NCBI RefSeq assembly: GCF_045037415.1
Contig: NZ_CP173438.1
Strand: one strand, 5' to 3'
DNA length: 64,000 nt
Origin: Escherichia coli
GTDB taxonomy: Bacteria; Pseudomonadota; Gammaproteobacteria; Enterobacterales; Enterobacteriaceae
Each line of letters begins with the position of its first letter. Within the stretch, counting starts at the first letter, position 1. Positions 63,998 to 64,000 of this stretch are shown one piece after another. A model generated the notes under the pieces. That model had not been told where the DNA came from and did not search any database. It saw nothing but the letters and a program-made list of their open reading frames with translations. Both the position numbers and the translations under genes were made by a program.

Positions 63998-64000
63998 TGA

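Overview
This window reads as a core chromosomal segment of Escherichia coli or a very close relative. It is colinear with the K-12 region from manXYZ through sdaA, pabB, fadD, rnd, leuE, the yea genes, gapA, the ydj cluster, ansA, sppA, selD-topB, gdhA and the ynj genes to ydjY, shown in the opposite orientation to the usual K-12 map. Gene identities were assigned by recognising the translated ORFs as known E. coli proteins from memory; no database search was run. I annotate 67 CDS (including four small proteins under 60 aa that the ORF track omits: yoaH, yoaI, yoaJ, yoaK), one gene remnant, and a set of hairpin terminators, operator-like sites and one REP element. I found no rRNA, tRNA, CRISPR array, transposase, integrase or phage genes. 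Three places differ from the K-12 gene order as I recall it: (1) an extra 240-codon ORF for a predicted lipoprotein sits between sppA and ansA; (2) the dmlA-yeaV-yeaW-yeaX block is missing between rnd and leuE, leaving only a 3' fragment of a LysR-type regulator gene; (3) ynjI is missing between topB and gdhA, where a REP element sits instead. The extra lipoprotein ORF is the best candidate for something undescribed at this locus, but it is a single accessory gene, not a multi-gene system. The rest is conserved housekeeping and y-gene content, including several poorly characterised clusters (ydjLKJIHGFE, yeaGH, ydjYZ-ynjABCD/ynjE).
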